64,000 nt of DNA from a virus. Positions 51,476 through 61,553 of this stretch are shown piece by piece. Numbering within the stretch: position 1 is the first letter of the stretch; each line of letters starts with the position of its first letter. The notes below the pieces were generated by a model, which was given only the letters and a program-made list of their open reading frames with translations, searched no databases and was not told where the DNA came from. Where the stretch lies: positions 1-64,000 of the IMG/VR virus record IMGVR_UViG_3300046459_000548; one strand, 5' to 3'. The position numbers and the translations under genes are program-made.

Positions 51476-52170
51476 ATGAATGCCGCGCAGCAGTTCGGCT
51501 ACCGCCACATCCCCAGCTTCAAGCGCGAGGAAGGCGGCCTCTACAACCTGTACGTGGGCGTCTACTCGCGGGTCTACGCCGCCCGCATGCGCTACCTCCA
51601 CAAGCGTGGACGCCACGGACGCGGCGCCCCACACAGCATCGCTCCGCGCTGCCAGTGGTGCGGCGACCCCATCACCTGAACCCACGGAGCCCGCGCCATG
51701 GCCAGGTATCTGATCTGCCATCCGATCGGGCAACAGCGCGAGGACATGCTCCTCGAAGACGACGCGCTCACCCTCGAATTCATCGGCGATTGGGCAATCT
51801 TCAGCGACGCCAGCGGCATCTGCCTCGCCATCCCGGCAGCGCAAGGCGCCCACATACAGCGGGTCGACGAGGACCAGGAGCCGCAGGTGCAGAGGAGTGA
51901 TGTCGCATGACCGCAGGACGCGAAGCCACCCCCAAGGATGCGGCGGCAACCGAGCGACTCATGCGCTACTGGGCGGAAGGGGCCGGCGCAGCGAAGATCC
52001 AATGGGGCGTGCCGGGAGACTTCGATCGCTGCGTGGTCGAACTCGGGAAGTACGTCAGCCCCAGTGTCGTGAAGGGCCTATGCAGCAGCCTCCACGTGCG
52101 GGCCACAGGTGCGCGGCCGGGCCACGCTCCTGGCGAAGAGGCCGCGGGTAAGACGAAGGACGGCGGCTGA
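51476..52170 (+). other. three small genes (51476-51679, 51698-51910, 51907-52170)
   Basis: RBS-preceded ORFs; 51907 has YWAEGAGAAKIQWGVPGDFDRC. Confidence 0.55.
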
Positions 52171-52481
52171 TGGGCAGCCAGGGCCGGCGCTCAGCACCGC
52201 TTCCCAAGGGCTGGCACCGCATCCGTGCCCGCGTCCTCAGGCGTGACCGCTGGGTGTGCCAGTGGCCCATCATCACGGGCGGCATCTGCGGCGAACCCGC
52301 CAACCAGGTCGACCACAAGGTCGGCGCGGCACAAGGCGTCGACGACCATAGCGATGCGAACCTTTGGGCGTTGTGCGAGTGGCACCACAACCAGAAGACC
52401 GGGCGCGAGGCATCGGCCGTGGCTCACGCGCTACAGCCGAGAGCAAGGCCACAAGAGAAGCACCCAGGGTTCATCAACTGA
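52170..52481 (+). CDS. terminase-associated HNH endonuclease
   Basis: W..IRARVLRRD..C...VDH...NLWALCEWHHNQKT. Confidence 0.85.
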   Translation: MGSQGRRSAPLPKGWHRIRARVLRRDRWVCQWPIITGGICGEPANQVDHKVGAAQGVDDHSDANLWALCEWHHNQKTGREASAVAHALQPRARPQEKHPGFIN

Positions 52482-52498
52482 CCTGGGACAATGGGGAG

Positions 52499-53191
52499 AT
52501 GAAGCCCTGTCTTGTCTGCGCCACGCCCATTGAACGAGGCAGACGCAAGGGCGGGCCGCTTCCCACCTATTGCTCAACGGCATGCAAGAACAGGTCACGC
52601 CAAGAGCGCGACCGCGAGAACGGCGTCACGGAGACGCGCAAGCTTCAGGCCCGCGAGAAGGCCGAGCGGCACCGTGCTCAACGTCCCGTCCGTCCCTGCC
52701 CGTACTGCAGCGACCCCATGGCCGGCAACCGTCGGAAGCAGTGCGGCAAGACTGAGTGCGTGAAGCGGGCCAAGGCGGATCGCATGCGGGAGTACATGCG
52801 CACGCGTAGGGCTGACCCCGAGATTGCTGCCAAGCATCTTGAGTACGACCGCAAGGCGCAGCAAAAGCGCCTTGAGACAGTGGGCCATTGGCGCACGGTC
52901 TACCCCGAGCATGCGGCCCGCCTGGATGCCCAGCGCCGCATGCTTATACAGGTCGCCACAGTCGAGGAGTTCGCACCTCGCGATGTCTATGAGCGCGACG
53001 GGTGGGCGTGCCGGCTCTGCTCTCTACCCATCGACCCGACTGTTGCCTGGCCCGACTCCATGAGCGCATCGGTCGACCACGTCGTGCCCCTGTCTAAGGG
53101 CGGCGAGCACTCCATGGCCAACACGCAGGCCGCCCACCTCGGGTGCAACAGCCGCAAGGGTGATCGACTGGCCGGCCGGGATCTCGCGTGA
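52499..53191 (+). CDS. HNH endonuclease with N-terminal Zn fingers
   Basis: CRLC...SVDHVVPLSKGGEH...NTQAAHLGCNSRKG. Confidence 0.85.
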   Translation: MKPCLVCATPIERGRRKGGPLPTYCSTACKNRSRQERDRENGVTETRKLQAREKAERHRAQRPVRPCPYCSDPMAGNRRKQCGKTECVKRAKADRMREYMRTRRADPEIAAKHLEYDRKAQQKRLETVGHWRTVYPEHAARLDAQRRMLIQVATVEEFAPRDVYERDGWACRLCSLPIDPTVAWPDSMSASVDHVVPLSKGGEHSMANTQAAHLGCNSRKGDRLAGRDLA

Positions 53192-53300
53192 TCACGATTC
53201 CAAGATCACCTGGGGGGTCCCCCCAAGATCATCAAAATTTACGGATCGGCCACGTTAGCAAGGCTGGGCGTGAGCAACACTGGGACTTGTTGATCATGGG
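53187..53300. other. candidate cos/packaging region
   Basis: Palindrome TGGGGGG-T-CCCCCCA at 53211-53225, repeated GATCA and an AT-rich patch between HNH and terminase. Confidence 0.4.
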
Positions 53301-53430
53301 CTGACCTGCGGTGATGCGAAAGGCGTCATGGTGATCTATCGCACGGCTCGAAAGGCCGGCGACTTGACCTGACATCATTTCCGCACGTCAGAGGCTTGTA
53401 GCCGTTACGCATAGCCGCTACGCTGGTGCC

Positions 53431-54033
53431 ATGACGACGAAGCGCTGCGAGCACTGCGGGGGACCACTTCCGGTCCTGGCTCGCGGTGACGCGCGCTTCT
53501 GTTCGGGTCGTTGCCGCACCGCGGCCTGTCGCCGGCGACAGCGGGCGACAGATCCGGTTCCTTCGGCGATGACTCGGCGCCGACAGTGGGTGCGACACAC
53601 GGACCGGAAGGTGCCACTGGCTGTTGGCCGGCGGCACGTCGGGCCTGCATCATCGACTGATTCGTCGACGTGGGCCACGTACCGCACCGCAGACCGGTCA
53701 CCGGCAGGGCAAGGCCTGGGGTTCGTCCTCACCGCCGAGGACCGCATCGTGTGCATCGACTTGGACCACGCCATGCGCGACGGTGAACTGCTGCCGTGGG
53801 CGCGGAACATCGTGGACCGTCTGCCAGCCTCGTACATCGAGGTGTCGCCCTCCGGGACCGGGCTGCATATCTGGGGGACTGGCGAGGTTGGCCGGGGCCG
53901 GAAGGTTCGCCGCGGCGAGGTCGCGATCGAGGTGTATGACCGGGCCCGGTACATCACGGTGACCCGTCAGCCGTTTGAAGATGCTCCGTCGAAGCTCGCC
54001 GACCTGTCGAAGGTAATTGCCGACTTGCTGTGA
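53431..54033 (+). CDS. Zn finger plus AEP primase-polymerase-like domain
   Basis: CEHC...FCSGRC; CIDLDH; EVSPSGTGLHIW. Confidence 0.75.
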   Translation: MTTKRCEHCGGPLPVLARGDARFCSGRCRTAACRRRQRATDPVPSAMTRRRQWVRHTDRKVPLAVGRRHVGPASSTDSSTWATYRTADRSPAGQGLGFVLTAEDRIVCIDLDHAMRDGELLPWARNIVDRLPASYIEVSPSGTGLHIWGTGEVGRGRKVRRGEVAIEVYDRARYITVTRQPFEDAPSKLADLSKVIADLL

Positions 54034-54046
54034 GGGGGTGGCCCTG

Positions 54047-54505
54047 ATGGCTGGTCGCGGCATGGCACCGAAGGCGACGCGCTCGCGTTCGACGGACGCC
54101 AAGGCCCGGGATGCGGAGATGCGGCGCATCGAGGACGACGGCGAGTTGCGCGGACCTCCCCTGCCTGAGGGAGTCCTCCCGGATGGTGAGGACTGGCACC
54201 CTCGAACTCGGCAGTGGTGGGACACCTGGCGAAGGTCTCCGCAAGCTCAGACGTTTATCGACACCGACTGGGACTTCCTTCTCGACACGGCACTTCTCCA
54301 CGCGATCATGTGGAGCCGCGGTAGATGGGAATTCGCCTCCGAGGTCCGTCTGCGGGCCGCGAAGTACGGGGCGACGCCGGAGGACCCGATGCGCCTGAAG
54401 TTGAAGATCGAGACTCCGGCGGACAGGCAGCCTCCTGCCGAGACGCCGCGGACGACGTCGGATCGTCGTAAGAACCTGCGGATCGTTGACGACGCCGCCG
54501 GGTAG
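54047..54505 (+). CDS. terminase small subunit
   Basis: WHPRTRQWWDTWRRSPQA...EVRLRAAKYGATPED; upstream of TerL. Confidence 0.85.
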   Translation: MAGRGMAPKATRSRSTDAKARDAEMRRIEDDGELRGPPLPEGVLPDGEDWHPRTRQWWDTWRRSPQAQTFIDTDWDFLLDTALLHAIMWSRGRWEFASEVRLRAAKYGATPEDPMRLKLKIETPADRQPPAETPRTTSDRRKNLRIVDDAAG

Positions 54506-54513
54506 GGGGTGCC

Positions 54514-57177
54514 GTGCCTTGGAATGGCGGTACGCCCGAGCAGCCCTTTCCATCGCTGGGCCCGCAGATCGTCGAGCACATCGAGGAGTTCCTCTGCCAC
54601 GGCCCTGGCGACGTTGTCGGCGAGCCGATCGAACTGGACGATGAGTTCTACGCGTTCATCGTCAAGGCCTACCGTCTCGACCCGGAGACGGGCCGCCGTA
54701 TGTACCGGCGGGCGTTCCTGTCACGCGCGAAAGGGCGGGCCAAGTCGGAGATCGCCGGGATGCTCGTGTGCGCGGAGGCCCTGTTCCCGGTCCGCTTCGA
54801 CGGATGGGATGCGAACGGGGAGCCGGTCGGACGGCCGGTGAAGTCGCCGTTCATCCGCTGCCTGGCCACGGAAGAAGGCCAGTCGGGAAACACCTACGAC
54901 AACGTCTCGACGATGCTCGAGTATCTGGTCGAGAACCACGGTGACGACTTCCCGGGGATCGACATCGGCAAGTCGGCGCAGTCGTCGAGCCGGATCATCC
55001 TGCATCACCAGCGCGGCGAAATCACCCCGTCGACGGCGTCGTCTGCGGCGAAGGACGGCGGCAAGGAGACCTTCGCGGTGTTTGATGAGCCCATGGCTCT
55101 CGACACCCCCATACCAACCCCCGACGGCTGGAAGCAGATTGGCGACCTGAAAACCGGCGACTACGTCTACGGCGTGGACGGCCGCCCGATCCTCGTCTGG
55201 GGCGTAGCGCCGATCAAGCGCGATCGCCCCTGCTTCCGCGTGACCTTCGATGACGGCGCATCGGTGGTTACCGACGCCACTCACCGCTGGCACGTCTTCG
55301 ACCGCAAGTCCACTAAAAAGTGGGCCGAGTGGACGACGCAGCAGATGGCGGACGCCAACTGGTACGGCGGCAAGCGGTTCGCCGTGGCGCAGGCTGCAGC
55401 GCTGGAAGCCGACGAAACGACGCTCCCGCTGGACCCGTATGTCCTGGGATTGTGGCTCGGCGACGGAGACGAGCGCGCTGCAACGCTCGCCGTGGGTCGC
55501 GACGACCTCGACGGCATGCTCGCAGAGCTTCACCGCGTCGGGTTCACGACCTCCGTCTACGACTACTCGGAAGATCGGGGCGCCGTCGCGGTCCGGTTCA
55601 ACCACGGCCAGCGGTACGGCAAGAGCGGCACCTCGCAAGGCGCGCTGCGGGCGCTGGGAGTGCTGGAGAACAAGCATGCTCCGGACTCCTACCTATGGGC
55701 GTCCCGCGAGCAGCGCTTGGCGCTCCTGCAGGGCCTGATGGACAGCGACGGCTACGTCAACGAGCGCGGGAACTGCATCTTCACGAGCTCCTCGCGCGCC
55801 CTGGCGGACGCTGTTGTCCAGCTGGTGCGCTCGCTGGGCTGGCGCACGAGCGCAGGCCACTGGAGTTCGGACGAGCGCTGGAAGTCGCGGGTCACGGGAA
55901 CGTGGCGGGTCTCTTTCACGCCGTCAGGGATGGTTCCGTTCCGCATGAAGCGCAAGGCGGAGCGCTGCCGCCCGGTGGTCGCCGAGAAGACTCGGGCGAT
56001 CACGTCCATTGAGCCGGTGGAGTCGGTACCTGTCCGCTGCATCGCGGTGGACTCCGAAGATCACCTGTTCCTGGCTGGCGAGTCGATGCTTCCGACGCAC
56101 AACACGCACCTGTACGTGCTTCCGGAGCTGCGGCGCATGCACGGCACGGTCCGCCGCAACCTGCGGAAGCGCAAGGAAGCTGAACCGTGGTGCCTTGAGA
56201 CGTCGACGATGTACGAGCCGGGCCAGGACTCGGTGGCCGAAGCGACGCACACGTACTACAAGGCGATCAAGGAGGGGCGAGTTCGGGACGCGGACGCTGC
56301 CGGTCTCCTCTTCGATCATCGTCAGGCGAAGGACGGTACGGACCTCGCGGATCGTGACGCGCTCCTTGCTGGGCTCCGCGAGGCTTACGGGCCGGCCGCG
56401 GCCTGGATGGATCTGGACGGCATCGTTGCGGAGATTTGGGATCCGCAGTCGGCGCCTTCGGATTCGCGCCGGTACTGGTTGAACCAGCCGGTTGCGGCGG
56501 AGGATGCGCTGCTGGATCCGGCGGAGTGGGCGAAGTGTGCGTCGGAGCTTCGGCTCGAGGACGGCGACGACATCGTTCTCGGCTTCGATGGCGGCAAGTC
56601 GGATGACGCGACCGCGCTGGTCGCAATGCGGGTGTCGGACCGTCTCGTGCAGCCGCTGGGAATCTGGGAGCGCCCGGATGGTCCGCTGGCGAAGGGCTGG
56701 GAGGTCGACCGTAAGCAGGTCTCTGATCTGGTGGCGCATGCCTTCGGCCGCTACGGGGTGCGGGCGTTTTTCGCCGACGTGAAGCTGTGGGAGTCGTACA
56801 TCGACGAGTGGACGGACACCTACCGGGATGAACTGTTGGCGAAGGCGTCTGCGAAGTCGCTGATCGGCTACGACATGCGGGGGCATCAGCAGGAGTTGAC
56901 GAAGGCGACTGAGGCGCTGGTGCAGGCGATCGCAGACGGCAAGCTCCCGCACACGAACCATCCGATCTTGAACCGGCATGTCGGCAACGCGCGGCGCCGG
57001 CCGAACCGTTTCGGCGTCAGCTTCGGCAAGGAGTCGCGTGAGTCGCCAAAGAAAGTGGACGGGTTCGCGGCGATGCAGCTGGCGGATATGGCGAGGCGGG
57101 CGCTGCTCGCGTCGTCTGAGTGGACGAAGCGGCAGAAGAAGCGGCAGCGGACGGGGCGGGTTCATGGCTTTGGGTGA
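54514..57177 (+). CDS. terL: terminase large subunit (intein-containing)
   Basis: RAKGRAKS Walker A, VFDE Walker B, GFDGGKSDD and KVDG nuclease motifs. Confidence 0.95.
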   Translation: MPWNGGTPEQPFPSLGPQIVEHIEEFLCHGPGDVVGEPIELDDEFYAFIVKAYRLDPETGRRMYRRAFLSRAKGRAKSEIAGMLVCAEALFPVRFDGWDANGEPVGRPVKSPFIRCLATEEGQSGNTYDNVSTMLEYLVENHGDDFPGIDIGKSAQSSSRIILHHQRGEITPSTASSAAKDGGKETFAVFDEPMALDTPIPTPDGWKQIGDLKTGDYVYGVDGRPILVWGVAPIKRDRPCFRVTFDDGASVVTDATHRWHVFDRKSTKKWAEWTTQQMADANWYGGKRFAVAQAAALEADETTLPLDPYVLGLWLGDGDERAATLAVGRDDLDGMLAELHRVGFTTSVYDYSEDRGAVAVRFNHGQRYGKSGTSQGALRALGVLENKHAPDSYLWASREQRLALLQGLMDSDGYVNERGNCIFTSSSRALADAVVQLVRSLGWRTSAGHWSSDERWKSRVTGTWRVSFTPSGMVPFRMKRKAERCRPVVAEKTRAITSIEPVESVPVRCIAVDSEDHLFLAGESMLPTHNTHLYVLPELRRMHGTVRRNLRKRKEAEPWCLETSTMYEPGQDSVAEATHTYYKAIKEGRVRDADAAGLLFDHRQAKDGTDLADRDALLAGLREAYGPAAAWMDLDGIVAEIWDPQSAPSDSRRYWLNQPVAAEDALLDPAEWAKCASELRLEDGDDIVLGFDGGKSDDATALVAMRVSDRLVQPLGIWERPDGPLAKGWEVDRKQVSDLVAHAFGRYGVRAFFADVKLWESYIDEWTDTYRDELLAKASAKSLIGYDMRGHQQELTKATEALVQAIADGKLPHTNHPILNRHVGNARRRPNRFGVSFGKESRESPKKVDGFAAMQLADMARRALLASSEWTKRQKKRQRTGRVHGFG
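55090..56103 (+). mobile_element. class 3 intein with LAGLIDADG homing endonuclease (338 aa)
   Basis: Begins PMALDTPIPT, ends PTHN/T; HRW, VRCIAV and TH N give the W-C-T triad; PYVLGLWLGDG and LLQGLMDSDG. Confidence 0.9.
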
Positions 57178-57192
57178 GGGGGTGGGCGGCGC

Positions 57193-58608
57193 GTGGTGAT
57201 GGGCACGAATGAGACGGTGTCGACGGCGCAGCGCCTGCTAAAGCTGCGGGCCGATGAGCAGGTCCGGCTGAAGAAGATCGCCGACTATATGGCTGGCCGG
57301 CATGCGAGCGTGTATGTGCCGCGGGGTGCGCGGGCGGAGTACCGGTGGCTGCTGGAGCGGGCCAAGGTCAAGATCCTGCCGCTGATCGTGACGGTCGTCG
57401 CGCAGAACATGTACGTCGACGGGTACCGGCCGGCAGGCAAGGACGAGAACGCAGCGCCGTGGGCGACGTGGCAGGCGAACCGTCTGGATGCCCGTCAGCA
57501 TGGCGTCCACCGGGCGGCGCTGACGTATGGGGCCGCGTATACGGTGGTGATGCCGGGCACTCCGACGCCGGTGGTCACCCCGTTTTCGCCGCGTCGGTTG
57601 ACGGCCTTGTATGCGGATCCGGTGAATGACGAGTGGCCGCTGTATGCGGTCGAGGACCGGGTGGAGAACACGCCGGACGGTCAGCAGCGTGTGGTCCGCG
57701 TCTATGACGATCAGGCCAGGTATTCGCTGGTGTCGAAGGTCGACGGCTCGGACTTGCGGGCGGCGAAGGATACGCCGGTTCAGGAGCATGGTCTGGGCGT
57801 GTGTCCGGTGGTCCGGTTCGTCAACACCGACGATCTGGACGGCGACGGGGTGATGGGCGAGGTCGAGCCACTGATCGACGCCCAGGATCAGCTGAACATG
57901 ACCACCTTCAATCTGATGATGGCGCAGCAGTATGCGGCGTTCCGGCAGCGCTGGGTGACGGGCATGGTGCCTCCGGAGGACGAGTCAGGGAATCCGGTGG
58001 AGCCGTTCCGGTCCCGGGTGGATGGCCTGTTCGTCGCCGAGGACGCCGACACGAAGTTCGGCGAGTTCGGCGCTACGGACCTGAAGGGCTACCTGGACTC
58101 GACGGAGGCGACGATCCGGCACATTGCGACGCTGTCGCAGGTGCCTCCGTATCACCTGCTCGGGCACATGACGAACCTGTCGGCGGAAGCGCTGGCTGCG
58201 GCCCGGGACGGCCTGGACCGCAAGTGCGGTGAGCGCGAGTCGTCGTTCGGTGAGGCGTGGGAGCAGACGCTGCGTCTGGCGGGTCTCGCCGCTGGCGATC
58301 GGGAGGCGTGGGCGGACACTTCAGCGCAGGTCGTGTGGCGGGATACGTCGGCGCGGTCGCTGGCTCAGACAGTCGATGCGCTCGGCAAGCTGGTGACGAT
58401 GCTGGGTGTGCCGCCGCAGGAGCTTTGGGAGCGGGTACCGGGTGTGACGCAGACGGATGTGGAGCGCTGGAAGACGGCTGCCCACGAGACGGATGCGATG
58501 GCCCGCATGAACGACATCATCGCCAAGCAGATGGCTCCGCAGGTGCAGCAGCTCAATGGGGCGACTCCGGCTTCTCCGCCGCCTGCTGATCCGAAGGTAG
58601 CGGCGTGA
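57193..58608 (+). CDS. portal protein (SPP1 gp6-like)
   Basis: 471 aa after TerL; VCPVVRFVN, NLSAEAL. Confidence 0.9.
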   Translation: MVMGTNETVSTAQRLLKLRADEQVRLKKIADYMAGRHASVYVPRGARAEYRWLLERAKVKILPLIVTVVAQNMYVDGYRPAGKDENAAPWATWQANRLDARQHGVHRAALTYGAAYTVVMPGTPTPVVTPFSPRRLTALYADPVNDEWPLYAVEDRVENTPDGQQRVVRVYDDQARYSLVSKVDGSDLRAAKDTPVQEHGLGVCPVVRFVNTDDLDGDGVMGEVEPLIDAQDQLNMTTFNLMMAQQYAAFRQRWVTGMVPPEDESGNPVEPFRSRVDGLFVAEDADTKFGEFGATDLKGYLDSTEATIRHIATLSQVPPYHLLGHMTNLSAEALAAARDGLDRKCGERESSFGEAWEQTLRLAGLAAGDREAWADTSAQVVWRDTSARSLAQTVDALGKLVTMLGVPPQELWERVPGVTQTDVERWKTAAHETDAMARMNDIIAKQMAPQVQQLNGATPASPPPADPKVAA

Positions 58609-59384
58609 CGGCGAGTTCGCAGTTGGCGTCGGGATATCGGCGGACGCAGGCGCTGCTGGCGGCCCGACTGGTGCAGCAGATCGCCAGGACGTGGCGGCAG
58701 CTGGTGAACCCGGCGAACGTCGATGCGTCGTGGCCTGCTCTGCGGGCGCTGCTGGTTCCGCTGGTGCAGCAGACCCGGGCGCAGTCGGCGACGCTGGCTG
58801 CCTCGGCATATATGCAGGCGCGGCATGCGGCTGGGGTTGAGGATGGGCTGTTCCATCCGCCCGTGCCGAGCGCCTTGGAGTTGCCGCGGCTGGAGGCCAT
58901 GTTGGATGTGACCGGCCCGGTGGAGTTCAAGCGTGCCATCGCCGCAGGCAAGACCGAGCAGCAGGCGGTGGACGCCGCGGCGGTGCGGATGGCGGGGTCG
59001 ACGCAGTATCTGGCGTTGGAGGGCGGCCGGTCGGTCATGCAGGAGGCGATCCGGCATGACGAGCGGGCGACGGGCTGGTCGCGGGTCACGGACAACGATC
59101 CGTGTGCATGGTGCGCGATGCTCGCCTCCCGCGGCCCGGTGTACAAGTCGGCGAAGACTGCGGGAGATCCACGGAAGGGCGGCACCTCGTACCACGACCA
59201 CTGCGGGTGCCAGGCGTGGCCTGCGTTCACGATGGACGAGCCGTTCGTCGGCCTCGCCGAGAAGCTGTATGAGGACTGGCGGCGTGAGACGCGGGGCACT
59301 GGCGGCCAGGATGCGGTGAACGCATTCCGTCGGTGGTGGGAAGCCGAAGGCCGGGCCGGGTACACGGCTCCGGCTCGACCGTAG
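58605..59384 (+). CDS. minor head / MuF-like capsid maturation protein
   Basis: PCAWCAMLASRGPVY...YHDHCGC. Confidence 0.8.
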   Translation: MTASSQLASGYRRTQALLAARLVQQIARTWRQLVNPANVDASWPALRALLVPLVQQTRAQSATLAASAYMQARHAAGVEDGLFHPPVPSALELPRLEAMLDVTGPVEFKRAIAAGKTEQQAVDAAAVRMAGSTQYLALEGGRSVMQEAIRHDERATGWSRVTDNDPCAWCAMLASRGPVYKSAKTAGDPRKGGTSYHDHCGCQAWPAFTMDEPFVGLAEKLYEDWRRETRGTGGQDAVNAFRRWWEAEGRAGYTAPARP

Positions 59385-59399
59385 CGAGGGGAGGTGATC

Positions 59400-59663
59400 A
59401 TGGCGCAGCAGTCAGACCAGGAGATGCAGGATCTGGTGAAGGCCGGCAAGGCGATGCCCGCACCCGGGAAGTCGCCGGGCCGTTTCCCGATCGAGAACCG
59501 TCAGGACCTGGAGAACGCGATCCGCGCGGTGGGCCGGGTTCAGCCCAACACCGATGCGGCACGGGCTTCCGTGCGCCGCTTCATCCAGAAGCGGGCCGGC
59601 GAGCTCAAGCTGGAGAGCCTCATCCCGTCCAACTGGGCGGCGGACGGTTCACTGAAGCCCTGA
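59400..59663 (+). CDS. small head-module protein
   Basis: RFPIENRQDLENAIRAVGR...IPSNW. Confidence 0.7.
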   Translation: MAQQSDQEMQDLVKAGKAMPAPGKSPGRFPIENRQDLENAIRAVGRVQPNTDAARASVRRFIQKRAGELKLESLIPSNWAADGSLKP

Positions 59664-59816
59664 CCGCCCTCGGGGTGCCGGGTCGCCGCCGACAGGCAGC
59701 GGCTACCGGCAGCCCCCTATTTTGTGCGCTTGCCGACACGGCGGGCGCCTTTTTCATGCCCGAACGCCGTCTGCCCGGCAGGGCGAGGCGGCCATCCCGA
59801 CACGGGAGTCTCCATC

Positions 59817-60458
59817 ATGTCCGAATCCACTCCTGAGGCGGCCGTGGAGCCGTCCGGTGATGCGCAGGCGCAGCAAATGATTGCCGACGCTGTCACCGCA
59901 GGCCAGTTCCTCAACAAGCCCCAGGCTCCCCAGCCTGCGGCCACCCCCGTTACCCCGGCGGGCACCGAACCGGAGCCGAAGGACTGGGAGTCCGAGGCGA
60001 CGAAATGGAAGGCCCTGGCCAGGCAGCACGAGAACAAGCACCTGGCCGCTCTCGGCTTCAAGTCGAAGGACGAGATCGAAGCGCTGCGGCAGGCCGCCCA
60101 GAAGCACCAGGAAGCCGAGGACGCCCAGAAGACGGAGATCCAGCGGGCGACCGAGCGGGCGCAGACCTTCGAACAGCAGCTCGCCGACATGAAGGCGACG
60201 AACGCCCGGCTACTGGCCGCCGCGACACACAACATCCCCCCGGAGCTCATCGACCTCCTCGGATCGGGCACGGACGAAGAGATCAGCTCGCGGGCCGAAC
60301 TCCTCGCCGAACGTCTCAAGGCGTCGGCGCCGACCCCTGCAGTACCCAGCACGCAGCGCCCTGTTGAGGCGCTGACCGCCGGAGCGGCCCCGGCTTCCAG
60401 TTCGGCCGCCGCGACCCCGGACCAGTGGATTCGCAGCATGGCCGGCCGCACCCCCTGA
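59817..60458 (+). CDS. capsid scaffolding protein
   Basis: KWKALARQHE, coiled coil, directly precedes the capsid gene. Confidence 0.8.
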   Translation: MSESTPEAAVEPSGDAQAQQMIADAVTAGQFLNKPQAPQPAATPVTPAGTEPEPKDWESEATKWKALARQHENKHLAALGFKSKDEIEALRQAAQKHQEAEDAQKTEIQRATERAQTFEQQLADMKATNARLLAAATHNIPPELIDLLGSGTDEEISSRAELLAERLKASAPTPAVPSTQRPVEALTAGAAPASSSAAATPDQWIRSMAGRTP

Positions 60459-60532
60459 CCTGACCTGATCGCAGCTACCGGAGTTCCCACGCTACGGGGC
60501 CGGGGCCGCTGCATGCTCGGAAGGAGCACCCC

Positions 60533-61486
60533 GTGGCAACGACGTACAACTCTCTCATCAGCCGGGACGCCAGCAATGACCCGCTGGTGCCCACCCCTGT
60601 CAGCGCCGAGATCATCCAGGAGCTGCCGTCGATGTCGGCGCTGCTCACGCGGGCCAAGCAGGTCCCGATGAGCACGAAGACGCAGCGCCAGCCCGTCCTC
60701 GACGTGATGCCGCTCGCCTACTTCGTGGGCGGCGACACGGGTCTGAAGCAAACCACGGCGCAGGACTGGAAGAACGTCGACCTGATCGTCGAGGAGATCG
60801 CGGCGATCGTCCCGATCCCCGAGGCGTACCTCGACGACGCGCAGATGCCGATCTGGGACCAGGTCCGGCCGCGCCTCGTGGAGGCCATCGGCTCGAAGAT
60901 CGACGGCGCGGGTCTGTTCGGCACGGACAAGCCGTCGACGTGGCCGACCGCGATCTACCAGTCGGCGGTGGCCGCCGGAAACGTGGTCGTGTCCGGTGCG
61001 GGCGCCGACTTCGCGGTGGACGTCGCGTCCGCGGCGGGCAAGGTGTCCGAGGACGGGTTCGCCGTCAACGGCTTCGTGTCCCGCCCGGGTCTGACGTGGA
61101 AGCTGAACGGCATCCGGTCCGCCCAGGGCGTGCCGATCTACCAGCCGAACCTGCAGGGAACGCCGGGCGGCACGCTGTACGGCTACCCCATGTCGGAGCT
61201 CGCCAACGGCGCCTGGGTCTCCTCTGAGGCCGAGGTCATCATGGGCGACTGGTCGAAGGCCATCATCGGCCTGCGGCAGGACATCAGCTTCAAGATGTTC
61301 ACCGAGGGTGTCATCTCGGACGACAACGGCAAGGTCATCCTCAACCTGATGCAGCAGGACTCGGTGGCGATGCGCGTCGTCATGCGGGTGGCGTTCGCCA
61401 CGGCCAACCCGGCGACCCGGATCAACACGAACTCGGCGACCCGGTCCCCGTTTGCGGTCGTCCAGGCGACGACGCACCAGTCCTGA
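60533..61486 (+). CDS. major capsid protein (HK97 fold)
   Basis: 317 aa; EEIAAIVPI, GTLYGYP, NLMQQDSVAMRVVMRVAF. Confidence 0.9.
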   Translation: MATTYNSLISRDASNDPLVPTPVSAEIIQELPSMSALLTRAKQVPMSTKTQRQPVLDVMPLAYFVGGDTGLKQTTAQDWKNVDLIVEEIAAIVPIPEAYLDDAQMPIWDQVRPRLVEAIGSKIDGAGLFGTDKPSTWPTAIYQSAVAAGNVVVSGAGADFAVDVASAAGKVSEDGFAVNGFVSRPGLTWKLNGIRSAQGVPIYQPNLQGTPGGTLYGYPMSELANGAWVSSEAEVIMGDWSKAIIGLRQDISFKMFTEGVISDDNGKVILNLMQQDSVAMRVVMRVAFATANPATRINTNSATRSPFAVVQATTHQS

Positions 61487-61553
61487 TTCCGCCCCGGCGG
61501 CCGGCTTCTCCCGCGCCGAGCCGGCCGCCGCCCGGTGGAGATCGGAGACCCTG

